A DNA stretch of 64,000 bases from Brevinematales bacterium (lineage in GTDB: Bacteria > Spirochaetota > Brevinematia > Brevinematales > GWF1-51-8). Positions within the stretch are counted from its first letter, which is position 1; each line of letters opens with the position of its first letter. Of the stretch, positions 62,874 to 64,000 are shown piece after piece. A program made the translations under genes and the position numbers. Where the stretch lies: positions 22,056 to 86,055 of the forward strand of contig JABLXV010000001.1 in assembly GCA_013177895.1 (NCBI GenBank). Reading direction: 5' to 3'. Below the pieces are notes generated by a model. That model was given only the letters and a program-made list of their open reading frames with translations, did not search any database and was not told the origin of the DNA.

Positions 62874-64000
62874 ATGAATACGTTATGGCTCCTTTTAATC
62901 GTCGTTGCAATCTATCTGATTTTTTATTTCGTCTACGGGAAATACGTCGAACGGAAGATCGTATGCGCGGATAACAATTGCGCCACCCCGTCGCACCGTC
63001 TCAACGACGGGATCGATTATGTTCCGACCCATAAATTCGTCCTGTTCGGGCATCATTTCGCGTCGATCGCGGGCGCGTCCCCGATAGTCGGCCCGATCCT
63101 CGCGCTGATATGGGGATGGGTTCCCGCGCTGTTGTGGATACTCTTCGGGAATATCTTCATCGGCGCGATACACGATTATCTCTCGCTCGCCGCGTCTATC
63201 CGTCACGAGGGCAAGTCGATCCAGTGGATCGCCCGTAAGCATATCAAGCCGAGCACCGGTACCATCTTCGCATGGTTTATCCTTTTCGTCCTGGTGCTGG
63301 TCGTCGCGGCGTTCAGTTCCCTGATCGGGAGCACGTTTGTAAAAAGCCCGCAGGTCGCGCTCGCGAGCATCCTTTTCATGGCGGTCGCGCTCCTGTTCAG
63401 TCTGATATTCTACCGTTTCAAGACTAACTTTATCCTTTCGACCGTCATCGGTGTACTGATGATGGGCGGAGCCATCTGGATATCCACTATCGAATTCACC
63501 GCCCCCGCCGACATGCTGGTCGTCAACATACCGGCCGGAGGGACGAACTCCTCTATCTCCTACTATCCCGTGCTGGACGGTAACATGGTCACTCCCCTGC
63601 CCGCCGGGGCAATGGAGTATCTGCCGACCAACGCGCTGAAGATTATCGACGCCGCGTCGTATGAGGGCTCCGGCCTGAATATCGACCCGTCGGTAAGAAT
63701 AGGAATCATCTCCATCGCGGGCCAGCCCTATATTGTCGACGCCAGGGTTCCGTTAAGTATCCCCGTCAATCCGTTTATGACCCCTAAGGCAATCCCGTGG
63801 ACAGTGTACCGTTCCGGCGAATCGCTCGGATACCTGCTGGGAATACCGCTGCCGTACGAGATATGGCTGATTATCCTGCTCGTCTATATCATAGTCGCGG
63901 CGTCGCTCCCGGTGACCGTGCTCCTCCAGCCCAGGGACTACCTGAACTCATGGATACTCTATATCGGGATATTTCTCGGCGGTGCGGCGCTTCTCGTTCT
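62874..64000 (+). CDS. cstA: Carbon starvation protein CstA (5' part; continues beyond window end)
   Basis: This ORF is absent from the ORF track because there is no stop codon in the window. The ATG at 62874 has GGAGGG upstream. My own translation reads MNTLWLLLIVVAIYLIFYF...NDGIDYVPTHKFVLFGHHFASIAGASPIVGPILALIWGWVPALLWILFGNIFIGAIHDY...LLQPRDYLNSW, and the frame stays open to 64000. Confidence 0.85.
   Translation, partial: MNTLWLLLIVVAIYLIFYFVYGKYVERKIVCADNNCATPSHRLNDGIDYVPTHKFVLFGHHFASIAGASPIVGPILALIWGWVPALLWILFGNIFIGAIHDYLSLAASIRHEGKSIQWIARKHIKPSTGTIFAWFILFVLVLVVAAFSSLIGSTFVKSPQVALASILFMAVALLFSLIFYRFKTNFILSTVIGVLMMGGAIWISTIEFTAPADMLVVNIPAGGTNSSISYYPVLDGNMVTPLPAGAMEYLPTNALKIIDAASYEGSGLNIDPSVRIGIISIAGQPYIVDARVPLSIPVNPFMTPKAIPWTVYRSGESLGYLLGIPLPYEIWLIILLVYIIVAASLPVTVLLQPRDYLNSWILYIGIFLGGAALLV

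Overview
This 64-kb window looks like a chromosomal segment from an uncultured Gram-negative-type bacterium. I cannot place the lineage from sequence alone. Coding regions are roughly 50-60% GC by hand counts of sample lines, and most genes lie on the minus strand.

Content I can support:
- Housekeeping: the dnaG-rpoD pair, tRNA-Cys(GCA) and tRNA-Leu(UAA).
- Carbohydrate uptake and storage: a MalEFG-like ABC transporter, a GH13 amylase, glgX, a treS-like gene and an OtsA-OtsB fusion.
- Signalling: a multi-PAS/GAF hybrid histidine kinase, two GGDEF-type proteins, a SpoIIE/PP2C phosphatase and a PtsN-like EIIA.
- Envelope proteins: FecR plus beta-barrel-like paralogues, three TPR proteins, OMP-like proteins, CapA and PrsW.
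- Transporters: a P2-type ATPase, AgcS and a partial CstA.

No integrase, transposase, CRISPR array or rRNA was seen.

Features worth a second look:
1. An XPB/Ssl2-type helicase sits 8 nt upstream of a 581-aa partner. The partner's C-terminal region repeats the XPB N-terminal domain pattern and resembles eukaryotic TFIIH p52/Tfb2.
2. A four-gene island of about 2.2 kb (25% GC in a sample line versus 58% in rpoD) is wedged between the rpoD terminator and a repeat or hairpin thicket. A truncated dinD-like fragment lies at its edge.
3. A compositionally chimeric glycine-zipper-rich protein overlaps a membrane protein gene by 14 nt. This is a candidate toxin/immunity cassette.
4. Short structured repeats fill essentially every long intergenic region. 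They include palindromic TGTCAYYGCGA...GAAGCNRTCT elements, GTCACCCTGAGC..GTCGAAGGG hairpins, a 53-bp tandem array carrying a 14-bp palindrome, a GCTAWYCCCGAT-N26-ATARCCCGYG module and an inverted pair of about 105 bp lying 18.5 kb apart.

All functional calls rest on motif recognition by eye. No database search was run.
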